DNA from: an uncultured Alphaproteobacteria bacterium
GTDB lineage: Bacteria > Pseudomonadota > Alphaproteobacteria > Caulobacterales > Caulobacteraceae
Assembly: GCA_963794315.1 (NCBI GenBank)
Contig: CAWCDF010000002.1
Span: 1,103,285-1,167,284 of the forward strand
Length of the DNA: 64,000 nt
Reading direction: 5' to 3'
The translations under genes and the position numbers were made by a program. The notes below the pieces were generated by a model. The model searched no databases. It was not told where the DNA came from and saw only the letters and a program-made list of their open reading frames with translations. Position 1 is the stretch's first letter, and every line of letters begins with the position of its first letter. Positions 10,148 through 19,835 of the stretch are shown piece by piece.

Positions 10148-10927
10148 ATGCACGCGGCCGAACGCGACGCCGAGATCACCCGGCTCCTGAACAGCCAGGG
10201 CTTCATCTCCTTCAAGCAGCTGTGCGACCGGCTCGAGGCGTCCTCGGCGACGATCCGACGCGATCTCGAGCGCCTCGACGCCGAGGGCCTGATCGAGCGG
10301 GTGCGGGGCGGGGCGCGGCTGCGTAATGGCGCCAAGCCCATCCCCAGCGACCGGCTGGTTGGCGCGCCGTTCGAGGAGAACAAGACCAAGCACGCGGCGG
10401 ACAAGGCCGCCATCGGCCGCGCGGCCGCCAAGCTGTGCGCGCGCGGCGAGGCGATCATCATCGACGGCGGGACGACCACCTTCCAGATGTGCGTCCACCT
10501 GGAGGGGCTGAACCTGCAGGTGCTGACCAACTCGCTGCACATCGTCGGCGAGCTCCTGCCGCAGCCGGGCGCCCGCGTCTCGGTGCCGGGCGGCGCGGTC
10601 TTCCGTGAACAGAACATCATCCTCAGCCCGTTCGAGGACGACGGCATCAACCGCTACCATGCCTCCAAGCTGTTCATGGGCGCCGCCGCGGTCGGACCGC
10701 GCGGGCTGATGCAGGCCGACGTGGTGCTGATCCAGGCCGAGCAAAAGCTGATGGACAAGGCCGACCAGCTGATCGTGCTGGTCAACTCCTCCAAGTTCCG
10801 CAGCGCCGCCGCCTTCGTCGTCTGCGGCCTCGACGACATCGACGTCGTGATCACCGACGCCGGCGTGCAGCAGAGCGATCTCGAGCTCATGCGCGCGCAC
10901 GACATCGAAGTGATTGTCGCGCGGTAG
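10148..10927 (+). CDS. DeoR/GlpR-family regulator, probable rhamnose regulator (RhaR-type)
   Basis: SSATIRRDL HTH, IIIDGGTTT, VLTNSL; borders the rha gene region. Confidence 0.9.
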   Translation: MHAAERDAEITRLLNSQGFISFKQLCDRLEASSATIRRDLERLDAEGLIERVRGGARLRNGAKPIPSDRLVGAPFEENKTKHAADKAAIGRAAAKLCARGEAIIIDGGTTTFQMCVHLEGLNLQVLTNSLHIVGELLPQPGARVSVPGGAVFREQNIILSPFEDDGINRYHASKLFMGAAAVGPRGLMQADVVLIQAEQKLMDKADQLIVLVNSSKFRSAAAFVVCGLDDIDVVITDAGVQQSDLELMRAHDIEVIVAR

Positions 10928-10951
10928 ATCCATGGGGCGGCAGCCGCCCAA

Positions 10952-11040
10952 TTTGACCGCCAAGCGCGCCAAGGACGCCAAGGGCGACCGAGCTGTCGCT
11001 GCTCACTTCCTTGGCGATCTTGGCGTCCTTGGCGGTCGAA
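10952..11040. repeat. Palindromic element with 9-bp-periodic CGCCAAG arms (family B, copy 1)
   Basis: ACCGCCAAGCGCGCCAAGGACGCCAAGG ... CCTTGGCGATCTTGGCGTCCTTGGCGGT, between convergent genes. Confidence 0.85.
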
Positions 11041-11074
11041 GACGACCGCTCCGCCTGCGTGGAGCAAGAGGCGA

Positions 11075-13573
11075 CTAGCTCAGGGTGATCCGCTGTTTGA
11101 GGCGGATGTCGGTGGCCGAGGCGCCGATGAGGATATCGTAGGCGCCGGGATCGATGACCCAGCGGTCGTCGTCGTCGTCGAAGCGGGCGAAGGCGCGGGG
11201 CTCGAGGTTCAACGTCACGATGCGGCTCTCGCCGGCCGCCAACGCGACCTTCGCGAAAGCGCGCAGGGCCTTCGGCGGGGTCGGACGATGCGGCGCGACC
11301 GGCCCGATGTAGACCTGCACGACCTCGCTCGCGGCGCGCGCGCCGGTATTGGTCAGGGTCAGCGAGACGGGCGCCGGTTGCCCGATCGCCACGGCCGCCG
11401 GAACGCTCAGACCCGCGTAGTCGAACGTCGAGTAGGTCAGGCCGTGGCCGAACGCGAACAGCGGCGCGATGTCATTCTGGTCGAAGTGGCGATACCCGAC
11501 GGCGAGCCCCTCGCCGTAGGTCACGGTGTCGGCGCCCGGATAGAATCCGTAGGCCGAGCTATCCTCGATGCGCTTCGGGAAGGTCACGGGCAGGCGGCCC
11601 GATGGCGAGACGACGCCGAGCAGGATGTCGGTCAACGCGTCGGGCCCCTCCTCGCCGGGCAGCCACAGCTGCAGCGCGGCCGGAACCTTGTCGATCCAGG
11701 GCATGGCCATGGCGGCGCCGGCGTTGACGACGACGATGGTGCGCGGGTTGGCGGCGGCGATCTGCTCGACGAGCAGGTCCTGGTCGCCCGGCAGCCGGAT
11801 GTCGCGCCGGTCGTAGCCTTCCGATTCCGTGGTCGAGGCCGAGCCGACCACCACGACCGCGACATCGGCCGCCCGGGCCGCGGCGATCGCCTTCTCCGTC
11901 TCTCCCGGCGGCTGGCGCACGCCGAGCGACAGGGTCTCGAACCCGTCGCCCGTCCGCGCCGTCGCCCACTCGTACTCGAGGCTGAAGCGGTAGGGCTGGC
12001 CGCCCTTGAGCTCGACGCCGGCCGTCCGGCGGAGCGCCACGGCGCTGGTCGGATGATCGAAGTCCTCCTGGCCGGGGTCGCCGAGGTCGATGAGCGTCGT
12101 CTCGCCGACGGTGAGGCGGCAGGCGCCGTCGCCGCGGACGGAGAACTCATGCACGCCGTCCATCTCCGGCCAGAAGAATCCGCTCCAGCGCAGGGCGGCG
12201 AAGCGGTTGGCGATGTGGCGCGGTCCGCGCGTCGAGACCCAGCGGAACAGGCGCCGCTCGTGGCTGGTGCGGATCGGCTCGCCGGAGAAGTCGGCGTGCT
12301 CGAAGTATTCGGCGGTCAGGCCGGGCGCCTCGCGCATTTCGGTCGGCGAGAACATGCGCGGCTGCGCCTGCGGCGGCACGGGCTCGGCGTCGCAGCCCTG
12401 CTCGTAGACCACGTGCGCCTTGGGCAACCGCGCGGCCAGGCTCTCCACCGGCGTCGGCCAGCGGTCGGTCGACACGCGGCTCGAGCCGTCGCCCTGCAGG
12501 CGGACGAAATTGGCGTTCGGGCCAATGACGGCGATGGTCTTGATCGCCTCGGCGGCTAGCGGCAGCAGGCCGCCGTCGTTCTTCAGGAGCACGATGCCTT
12601 CCTGCGCCGCGCGGCGCGCGATCACGCGATGCCGCTCGCTGCGCAGCTCACCTTCGAGGCGGGCGCCGTCCAGGAGCCCGGCGCGCAAGATGAGGCGGAT
12701 GAGACGCCGCGCCGCATCGTCGATCCGCGCCGGCTCGACCTCGCCGGCCTTGACCGCGCTAACCAGCCGCTCGCCGAAGTGGTTGGCTGGCCCCGGCATC
12801 TCCAGGTCGAGGCCGCCGTTCGCCGCCGGTTCGGTCGAGTGCACACCGCCCCAGTCGGACACGACGACGCCGTCGTAGCCCCACTCGCCCTTCAGGATGT
12901 CCTGCAGCAGGTGGCTGTTGGCGGTGGCGTAGGTTCCGCGCAGCTTGTTGTACGAGGCCATCACCGTCCAGGGATTGGTCGCCTTCACCACCGCCTCGAA
13001 CGCCGAGAGATAGATCTCGCGCAGAGTCCGCTCGTCGACCTGGACGCTGACCTCCATCCGCCGCTCTTCCTGATTGTTGACGGCATAGTGTTTCAACGAC
13101 GCGCCGATCCCCTCGCCCTGCAGGCCGGAGACGAAGCCGATGCCGAGCTCTCCGGTGAGGTACGGGTCCTCCGAGTAGGTCTCGAAGTTCCGGCCCCATA
13201 GCGGGGTGCGCACAATGTTGATGGTCGGCGCCAGCACCACCTGTTCGCCCAGCGCCTTGGCCTCGCGCGCGATCGCCGCGCCGACCTCGCGCGTCACGTC
13301 CGGGTTGAAGGTCGCGGCCAGCGCCGCGGCAACGGGAAAGACGGTCGCCATCTGGCCGGTGTTCGAGCGCACGCCGGTCGGGCCATCGCTCATTCCCAAC
13401 CGCGGCACGCCCAGGCGCTCGACGCCCATCAGCTTGAATGCCTCGGCGCCGGCCATCAGCGCGACCTTCTCATCCAGCGTCAGGCGCGCGAGCAGGTCCG
13501 CGACCCGGGTCTCGAGCGGACTGGCCGGATCCTGGTAGACGGCCGGCTTTTCGGTCGCGACGTCGGACGCCAT
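11075..13573 (-). CDS. GH3 beta-glucosidase with PA14 insertion and Fn3-like C-terminus
   Basis: SDGPTG, GRNFETYSEDP, KHY, VVSDW nucleophile, LLKN, SEGYDR, GYRHFD, FGHGLTY. Confidence 0.95.
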   Translation of the reverse strand: MASDVATEKPAVYQDPASPLETRVADLLARLTLDEKVALMAGAEAFKLMGVERLGVPRLGMSDGPTGVRSNTGQMATVFPVAAALAATFNPDVTREVGAAIAREAKALGEQVVLAPTINIVRTPLWGRNFETYSEDPYLTGELGIGFVSGLQGEGIGASLKHYAVNNQEERRMEVSVQVDERTLREIYLSAFEAVVKATNPWTVMASYNKLRGTYATANSHLLQDILKGEWGYDGVVVSDWGGVHSTEPAANGGLDLEMPGPANHFGERLVSAVKAGEVEPARIDDAARRLIRLILRAGLLDGARLEGELRSERHRVIARRAAQEGIVLLKNDGGLLPLAAEAIKTIAVIGPNANFVRLQGDGSSRVSTDRWPTPVESLAARLPKAHVVYEQGCDAEPVPPQAQPRMFSPTEMREAPGLTAEYFEHADFSGEPIRTSHERRLFRWVSTRGPRHIANRFAALRWSGFFWPEMDGVHEFSVRGDGACRLTVGETTLIDLGDPGQEDFDHPTSAVALRRTAGVELKGGQPYRFSLEYEWATARTGDGFETLSLGVRQPPGETEKAIAAARAADVAVVVVGSASTTESEGYDRRDIRLPGDQDLLVEQIAAANPRTIVVVNAGAAMAMPWIDKVPAALQLWLPGEEGPDALTDILLGVVSPSGRLPVTFPKRIEDSSAYGFYPGADTVTYGEGLAVGYRHFDQNDIAPLFAFGHGLTYSTFDYAGLSVPAAVAIGQPAPVSLTLTNTGARAASEVVQVYIGPVAPHRPTPPKALRAFAKVALAAGESRIVTLNLEPRAFARFDDDDDRWVIDPGAYDILIGASATDIRLKQRITLS

Positions 13574-13595
13574 GGCGGCGGGCTCCTAAAGCAGA

Positions 13596-13694
13596 CCGTC
13601 ATCCCCCGCTGGAGCGAAGCGGAACGCGGGGGACCCATGAACACTCACGTTCGATGGTGTTCATGGGTCGCCCGGACGAGCCGGGCGATGACGG
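13596..13694. repeat. Multi-hairpin REP/RIME-like element (family A, copy 1)
   Basis: CGTCAT...ATGACG outer stem enclosing three hairpins; close copy at 38577-38675. Confidence 0.85.
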
Positions 13695-13738
13695 GTATGT
13701 ATTGATCCATAGACGGCTCAACCCGCCAGAATGTCCCC

Positions 13739-14695
13739 CTACGCCGCCTGGCGGATCGCGTCCATCAGGGCAAGGTTAGCGATGGCGTCCCGCCCGCCGG
13801 TCAGGGGCTCAGCGCCGTTGCGCATCACCCGCACCAGATGCTCGAGCTGGGCGGCATAGGTGGACGGACCGTCGACGGGCTCCTGGCGCGTCGCCTCGCC
13901 GATCGTCACGCGGAACGAGCAGCCGGCTTGCGGTGCGAGATAGTTGCGGATCGACATGCGCCCGCGCTCGCCTTCTAGCGTCAACGTGGCGTCGAAGCGC
14001 TCGGAGACCATGGAGCAGCGCAGACTGCCCTTGGCCCCGCCGGGGAAGGCGAGCTCGGCGGACGTCGTCGCATCGACGCCTTCCCGCATCTCGATCGCGG
14101 CCGAAACCACCGCCGGCTCGCCCATCAGGGTCCTCAGCGCGTGCGAGGGGTAGCTGCCGAGGTCGCCCAGCGCCCCGCCGCCCTGGTCGGCGCGCCAGCG
14201 GATCTCGTCGGGGTCGTAGGCGATGGCCGCATCGAAGGTGGCGTCGGCGCGCACGATCCGGCCGAGCTCGCCCGAGGCGACGATGGCTTCGGCGCGGCGC
14301 ATGACGTTGTGGAATCGGTAGTGGAACGCCTCCAGCAGCGGCCGCCCGGCCGCCTCGCCGGCGGCGACCATGGCGCGGCCCTCCTCCGCGTTCAGCGCGA
14401 AGGCCTTCTCGCATAGCACCGCCTTGCCGGCCTGGACCGCCTTGATGGTCCACTCGGCGTGGCCGGCGATCGGGTTGCCGATGTAGACGACGTCGACGTC
14501 GTCGCGCGCCAGAAGCGCGTCATAGCTCTCCGCCGCGGCCGGGATGCCGTGCTTCTCCGCGTAGGCGCGGGCCCGCGCTGGATCGCGGGCGGCGACGGCG
14601 GTGATCGCCACGTCGTCGCGCTCGCTTGCCGGCGCCATCACCGCCCCGACGGCGATCTTCGAGGCGGCAAGCAGGCCGATGCGCAGCGGCGTCAC
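13739..14695 (-). CDS. Gfo/Idh/MocA oxidoreductase
   Basis: VLCEKA, EAFHYRFH, GGGALGDLGSY. Confidence 0.9.
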   Translation of the reverse strand: MTPLRIGLLAASKIAVGAVMAPASERDDVAITAVAARDPARARAYAEKHGIPAAAESYDALLARDDVDVVYIGNPIAGHAEWTIKAVQAGKAVLCEKAFALNAEEGRAMVAAGEAAGRPLLEAFHYRFHNVMRRAEAIVASGELGRIVRADATFDAAIAYDPDEIRWRADQGGGALGDLGSYPSHALRTLMGEPAVVSAAIEMREGVDATTSAELAFPGGAKGSLRCSMVSERFDATLTLEGERGRMSIRNYLAPQAGCSFRVTIGEATRQEPVDGPSTYAAQLEHLVRVMRNGAEPLTGGRDAIANLALMDAIRQAA

Positions 14696-15582
14696 GCGGC
14701 TCCTCCGCCGGGAAACACGCCCATATCGGCCGCTCTACGCAGCCGGCGGCCGCTCAGATAGTCGTCCGGCCAGGGTTCGGGCTCGGGATAGCGGCCGTCG
14801 GGCAGCGGCCAGGCGATGGGCGTCGCAGCCCCGTCGATCTTCGCGCCTGCGGCGATGCCGTCGCGGTCGAGCGAAGGATGGTAGCCTTCCGCGGCTCGCG
14901 TGCAGCCGTCGGCGAAATAGATGCAGGTGTAGACCCGGCGCATGCGGTCCGAGCGGTTCGGCTTGGCCAGGTGCACGGTCAGGCCGTGGTGGAACAGCAC
15001 GTCGCCGGGCCTGGCCGGTGCGTAGATAGGCTCGGCCCTCTGCTTGGCCATGAGCGCCGCTCCCGATCCCGGCTCGGAGAAGATGTTGACGTACTCCGCC
15101 TCGCCCCGATGCGAGCCCGGCACGTAGCCCATGCAGCCGGTCTCGTGGTCGACCTCGACCAGCGGAATCCAGGCGGTCAGCGCGTTGTGCTGCGCGATCG
15201 GCCAATAGGGATGGTCCTGGTGCGCGTCGGTCTCGCGGCCGCCCGCTTCCTTGTAGAGCGCCTGGTCGTGCCAGACGCGCATCGCGGCCGCGCCGATCAG
15301 GGCCGCGGCCGCGCCTGCGACCTTGGGGTGGAAGGTCAGCGGGCGAACGTCCGGGAAGTCCTCCCACAGGTACTGGCACTGGATGAACGACTGCTCGTAA
15401 GGGGACTTCTCGGCGAGCGCGCGGGTGTCGTTGCGCTTGCGCCGCTCGACGGCCGCATCCACCGCCGAGCGATAGCCGGCGACCTCGTCCGGGTCGAGAA
15501 GCCTCGTCAGGTGCACGAAGCCGTCGCGCTGGAACGCCCCGACAAAAGCCGGGTCGATCTCGCGTTCGGCGGCGGTCGGCAT
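14692..15582 (-). CDS. PhyH-family Fe(II)/2-oxoglutarate dioxygenase no. 1
   Basis: AHQD, TAWIPL, GCMGYVPGSH, FHHGLTVH...NRSDRMRR (HxD...H...R). Confidence 0.9.
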   Translation of the reverse strand: MPTAAEREIDPAFVGAFQRDGFVHLTRLLDPDEVAGYRSAVDAAVERRKRNDTRALAEKSPYEQSFIQCQYLWEDFPDVRPLTFHPKVAGAAAALIGAAAMRVWHDQALYKEAGGRETDAHQDHPYWPIAQHNALTAWIPLVEVDHETGCMGYVPGSHRGEAEYVNIFSEPGSGAALMAKQRAEPIYAPARPGDVLFHHGLTVHLAKPNRSDRMRRVYTCIYFADGCTRAAEGYHPSLDRDGIAAGAKIDGAATPIAWPLPDGRYPEPEPWPDDYLSGRRLRRAADMGVFPGGGAA

Positions 15583-15653
15583 GACCTCGGCTCCCTTCAG
15601 CCTTCCGCCCACCATTGCGCGGGGGCTGATGGGTCGGTCAAGCGCCAGCAGGC

Positions 15654-17993
15654 CTAGAAGCTACGCGAGACCCGGATGCCAAACTGGGCGGGCGGCGCAG
15701 CTTCGCGCAGCACGCGGAAGCCGATGAACGGCGGCGGACCCAACGTGGTCGCCGTGCCGAACCCTTCATTGAAGTAGTGGTCGTTGAGGATGTTGGTCCC
15801 GAACAGGGAAACCTCGAGGGGCCCTTTGTCCCAGGTGATCTGCGCGTTCACGATATTGATCGGCGCGAGGCGATAGACATAGCGCTCGAGCAGCCTGGCG
15901 GCGAGCAGCTCGTTCGGGTCGCTTCCCTCCCACAGACTGGCCCATTGCCAGTCGATGTAGGCGTAGTCGATGCGTGGCGTGAGCGTCGAGCCGTCGGCCA
16001 GGTGGAAGGCATACTGGCCGCCCACGTTGAAGTTCCAGGTCGGCGCGTAGGGCTCCTGGTTGCCGCCGATAAATTCCGGCAGTCCGAGCGGACCGGTGGC
16101 GCAGGACTGGCTCACTGGTACGCTCACGCAGCTGCCACGCGCCGAACCCAGCTTGGTGTAAAGGTAGTCGGCCGAGGCGTCGAACGCCCAGGGTCCGAAG
16201 ACCGCCTGCGCCTGCGCCTCGACGCCGTAGTGGACGCTGGTCCCGGGCACGTTGCGGATGATCGACTGACCTGGCGCGCTTCCGGCGCCGAGCACGTTGC
16301 TGGCAAAACTCAACTGGTGGTTTGTGTAGGTGGTGTAGAAGGCGTCCAACTGCGCGCGCAGATGGCCGTCGAAGAAGGTGGGCTTCCACCCCACTTCGTA
16401 GTCGTTCAGATCCTCGGGCCTGAAGGGCACGACGGTGGTGTTGAGCCCGGGAGCGAACGGCAGCGGCGTTGTGTTGATGCCGCCGGGCTTGTGGCCGGTC
16501 GCGACCTGCACGTAGAGCAGGTTGTTCGGGTTGATCTTCCAGTCGAGCGCGATCTGCCCGGTCACCTTGTCGTCATTTTGGGTCAGGTGCGCGTTCTCAG
16601 TGCCGAGATTGCTGCCCAGGAAGAAGATCGTCGTCGCGTCGGTCAGCTCGAAGGATGAGTGGGTGTAGCGCGCCCCCGCCTCGACCTGCAGCTGGTCGGT
16701 GATGTCATAGGTGAGGGTGCCGAATACCGCTTCGGTGGTCTTGGGCGTGGTGTAGTCGAGCAAGATGTCGCCCGCGATCGGTAGCCCAGGGATCAACGGC
16801 GCATGGATGTCGAATCCAGGGAAACTGAAAGGGATGTGCACGCGGTCGTACTGGTAGTAGGCGCCGGCCACCCATTTCAGCGGCCCGGTGTTCGGCGATA
16901 TCACGTTCACCTCTTCGGAGGTGGCCTGCTCCTGTCCAATGACCGTGAAATTCCACGGCTCCAGCGCCGTCCCATCGATGTCCTGGTTGGCGCCGCCGCG
17001 GCCGATCTGGAAGCCGGTGATCGATCTGACCACGATCCCGTTGGGGAAGGTGTAGGCCACGTTCAGCACCGAACGGTCCCAGGTCGCGACCGACAGGTTG
17101 TGGATGTTGGTCGAAACGCTGAACAGGCCGTTCGTGCTCGCATAGGTCGGATAGGGCGGTGCGGCTGGAATCGGGACGGGCGAGTTCGGGATGCCGCCAT
17201 AGTCGAGGTAGGTAAAGTCGTTCTTGAACTCAATTCGCCAGCCGCTGTTCGGCTGCCAGAGCAGACTCGCGCGCGCGCTGACAGTCTGCAATTGGCCGAG
17301 ATCGCCGCCGCTGCGGGCGCCGGTCACCGAGTAGTAGGTGTCCTCGCGCTCCGCGTTCGCCGCCAGCCGGATGGCGAAGGTGTCGCTGACAGGGAGGTTG
17401 ACGTAGCCGCGCAGCCTGACGTCGTTGTAGTTGCCGTACTGCGCCTCGGCCCAAGCGCTTGTCGTCGACAGGCTCGGGTCGGCCTCGGTGATGAAGATCG
17501 CGCCGCCGGACGCATTCTGGCCGGCGAGCGTTCCCTGCGGCCCGCGCAGGACCTCCACGTTCGAGATGTCGTAGTATGGCTCCTCGGTGAAGAAGCCCTG
17601 GAAGGTCGCAACGCCATCGCGATAGATGACGATGCCCGACGGAGTCTGGACGTTCTGCTCCGACTTGCCCACGCCGCGAATGTTGTAGTCCTCGCCGAAG
17701 CCGTACGCTGTGACGGTGAGCGACGGCGAGATGAACTGGAGCTGGTCCAGGCTGTAGACGCCGCGCGCTTTGAGCTGTTGGCCCGTAACCACCGTGGCCG
17801 CCAGCGGGGCAGCCTGCAGGTTCACCGCGCGCCGCTCGGCCGTCACGACCACGACAGGTGGGGCGTTCTGCGCCTGCGTCGGCGGCGGGTTGCCGTTCGT
17901 TTGCGCCTGCGCCGCCTGGGCGAGTGCGAGGACGCCCACGCCAAGCGCCAAGCCGGAAGCCGAGCCGCGCAGCCACGCCGAACGTCGAGTCAT
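15654..17993 (-). CDS. TonB-dependent receptor
   Basis: Signal peptide, VVVTAERR, VEVLRGPQGTL, C-terminal Phe. Confidence 0.95.
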   Translation of the reverse strand: MTRRSAWLRGSASGLALGVGVLALAQAAQAQTNGNPPPTQAQNAPPVVVVTAERRAVNLQAAPLAATVVTGQQLKARGVYSLDQLQFISPSLTVTAYGFGEDYNIRGVGKSEQNVQTPSGIVIYRDGVATFQGFFTEEPYYDISNVEVLRGPQGTLAGQNASGGAIFITEADPSLSTTSAWAEAQYGNYNDVRLRGYVNLPVSDTFAIRLAANAEREDTYYSVTGARSGGDLGQLQTVSARASLLWQPNSGWRIEFKNDFTYLDYGGIPNSPVPIPAAPPYPTYASTNGLFSVSTNIHNLSVATWDRSVLNVAYTFPNGIVVRSITGFQIGRGGANQDIDGTALEPWNFTVIGQEQATSEEVNVISPNTGPLKWVAGAYYQYDRVHIPFSFPGFDIHAPLIPGLPIAGDILLDYTTPKTTEAVFGTLTYDITDQLQVEAGARYTHSSFELTDATTIFFLGSNLGTENAHLTQNDDKVTGQIALDWKINPNNLLYVQVATGHKPGGINTTPLPFAPGLNTTVVPFRPEDLNDYEVGWKPTFFDGHLRAQLDAFYTTYTNHQLSFASNVLGAGSAPGQSIIRNVPGTSVHYGVEAQAQAVFGPWAFDASADYLYTKLGSARGSCVSVPVSQSCATGPLGLPEFIGGNQEPYAPTWNFNVGGQYAFHLADGSTLTPRIDYAYIDWQWASLWEGSDPNELLAARLLERYVYRLAPINIVNAQITWDKGPLEVSLFGTNILNDHYFNEGFGTATTLGPPPFIGFRVLREAAPPAQFGIRVSRSF

Positions 17994-18114
17994 GTCGTGT
18001 TTCCCCCTGCCGCCGGCGGTTGGCGTCTTTGAGCGCCGCAGACGTTCGCCGTCCGCCGATTTGCCGTCAGTGAGTACACAATATCACTCAGCGGTCAAAG
18101 CGGAGCTGGGCGAA

Positions 18115-18178
18115 TGTGAGCAACTATGAGCGACAGAGATGCAGTTCGGTGACACACCTGCGTGATCGCTCGCCGATC
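18115..18178. promoter_or_regulatory. Phased direct repeats upstream of the TonB receptor operon
   Basis: TGAGC at 18117 and 18127; TGATC at 18163 and CGATC at 18174; resembles repeats at other sugar promoters. Confidence 0.4.
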
Positions 18179-18521
18179 AGCGCGCTGGCGTGAAGCGGAA
18201 CACCTCCAGCAGCGGAACGCTGGTCGGCGCCAGGTCAGCTTCGGTCTGCATGATGTCGGCCATCATCGCCCACCAGCGACGCATGACCGGAAGCTCGGGA
18301 AGCGCATCCATGTCGTGGTCCAGCCGTCGCGTCAGGACGGCGAACAGCGCACCGGTCGCCTCGTCGAGAAAGATCCGATAGTCGAGAACGCCGGCCTCGC
18401 TCAGCGCCTGGACAAGCTCTGGCCAGATGGCGTCATGGCGGCGCTTGTATTCCGCCGCCTGCCACGGGTTCAGCATCATGCGGAAGGCGACCGTCTCCGA
18501 CTCGCCGCTCCCGGCGGTCAT
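18177..18521 (-). CDS. rhaM: L-rhamnose mutarotase
   Basis: AFRMML...[13 protein letters not shown]...YRIFLD...[12 protein letters not shown]. Confidence 0.92.
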   Translation of the reverse strand: MTAGSGESETVAFRMMLNPWQAAEYKRRHDAIWPELVQALSEAGVLDYRIFLDEATGALFAVLTRRLDHDMDALPELPVMRRWWAMMADIMQTEADLAPTSVPLLEVFRFTPAR

Positions 18522-19672
18522 TGGCCCTTCAGCGCAGCGTAAGCCGCGCTGAGGATCGAGGCGTTGCGCCGGTCGCCGAAAGGAGCGCCCTCGAGTTTGT
18601 TCATCACGTAGGCGAACGTCATGCGCGCCTCGACGTCGACGACCACGAGCGAACCGCCGGAGCCGCCCCAGAAGCAGACCTTGCGGCCCTCGAAGTCCAT
18701 GCCGAACAGCGAAAGCGCATAGCCGAGCCCCCAGCTGACCGGTGCCAGGAAGCCGAGGTCGGGACCGTTGGACTGCCGATAGAACACCCGCGCCGCGCCC
18801 TCGGGCGACATCAGCCGCTTGCCGTTCGCCTCGCCCGCGCAGGCGAGCAGGGTCGAGATGCGGGCGACGCCGCGGGCGTTGGCGAAGCCGTTGCCGGCCG
18901 GGATCTCCGCGCGCAGCCAGGCGACCTCGCCCCAGCGCTCGCGCGGCAACGGCGGATTGTTGTGGATGCGCATGGTGATACTGCCCGGCGCGGTCTGGGC
19001 GGGCTGTTCGGGGACGTCGGGGGGGATCGACGCGCCGATGCGCGCGTCGAACTCCGGTCTGACCCCGATGTGGAACTCCGCGCCCAGCGGCTCGGCGATC
19101 TCCTCGCGGAAGAAGACGCCAACGGTCCGGCCGGTGATGCGACGGATCACCTCGCCGACCAGGTAGCCCTGGGTCACCGCGTGATAGCCCGAAGCCGTGC
19201 CCGGCTCCCACCAGGGCGCCTGGGCGGCGAGCAGGCTTGTGCACTTCTCCCAGTCGTAGAGGTCGGACATGTCGAGCCGGGCGTCCCAGCCGGGCAGTCC
19301 GGCCGTGTGACCCAACAAGTGGCGCACGAGCACCCCTTCCTTGTCCGCTTGAGCGAACTCCGGCCAGTAGCGGGCGACCGGCGCGTCGACGTCCAGCTCG
19401 CCGCGATCGGCGAGCAGCAGCGCCGAGAGCGCGGTCGCGGTCTTCGTGGTCGAGGCGACGGCGACGATCGTGTCGCGCGTCCAGGCTTGGCTCGCCGTGG
19501 CATCCTTCGCGCCGCCCCAGAGGTCGACGACCGCCTGGCCATCGAGGGTGATCGCCACCGACGCGCCGACGTCGGCGCCGCGCTCGAAGTTCGCCTGAAA
19601 CGCCGCGCGCACGCCCTCGAACCGAGGCTCGCACAGGCCCTGAACCGGGAACGTCTCGGTGACCGCGCCCAT
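18518..19672 (-). CDS. Beta-lactamase-fold serine hydrolase (EstA/EstB-type esterase)
   Basis: VDLWGG, ASTTK (SxxK), [26 protein letters not shown]; stop overlaps rhaM start. Confidence 0.9.
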   Translation of the reverse strand: MGAVTETFPVQGLCEPRFEGVRAAFQANFERGADVGASVAITLDGQAVVDLWGGAKDATASQAWTRDTIVAVASTTKTATALSALLLADRGELDVDAPVARYWPEFAQADKEGVLVRHLLGHTAGLPGWDARLDMSDLYDWEKCTSLLAAQAPWWEPGTASGYHAVTQGYLVGEVIRRITGRTVGVFFREEIAEPLGAEFHIGVRPEFDARIGASIPPDVPEQPAQTAPGSITMRIHNNPPLPRERWGEVAWLRAEIPAGNGFANARGVARISTLLACAGEANGKRLMSPEGAARVFYRQSNGPDLGFLAPVSWGLGYALSLFGMDFEGRKVCFWGGSGGSLVVVDVEARMTFAYVMNKLEGAPFGDRRNASILSAAYAALKGQ

Positions 19673-19746
19673 CCTCGCAACGTCCTCTTTCGGGGCGGCC
19701 GGCGCCCCGGCCGGGTCTCTAACATCCCGATTTGGGTGCGTCGCGA

Positions 19747-19779
19747 TGGTTCTTGCATGATTCTGCACGATCATGATTG
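19747..19779. promoter_or_regulatory. Phased repeats in the divergent esterase/rhaD promoter
   Basis: TGGTT at 19747, TGATT at 19758, CGATC at 19768 (10-11 bp spacing). Confidence 0.45.
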
Positions 19780-19835
19780 AAGGCGGCGTTTCGCTACGCT
19801 ACGTGCGGCCCGCGCCCTCGGGAGTTGTTCTACGC

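Noticed and set aside
10952-11040. CGCCAAG repeats as a CRISPR array
   Set aside because: Units are 9 bp, arranged as inverted arms, with no repeat-spacer pattern and no cas genes
13596-13694. Cloverleaf element as a tRNA
   Set aside because: No TTC T-loop, D-loop GG or 7-nt anticodon loop geometry
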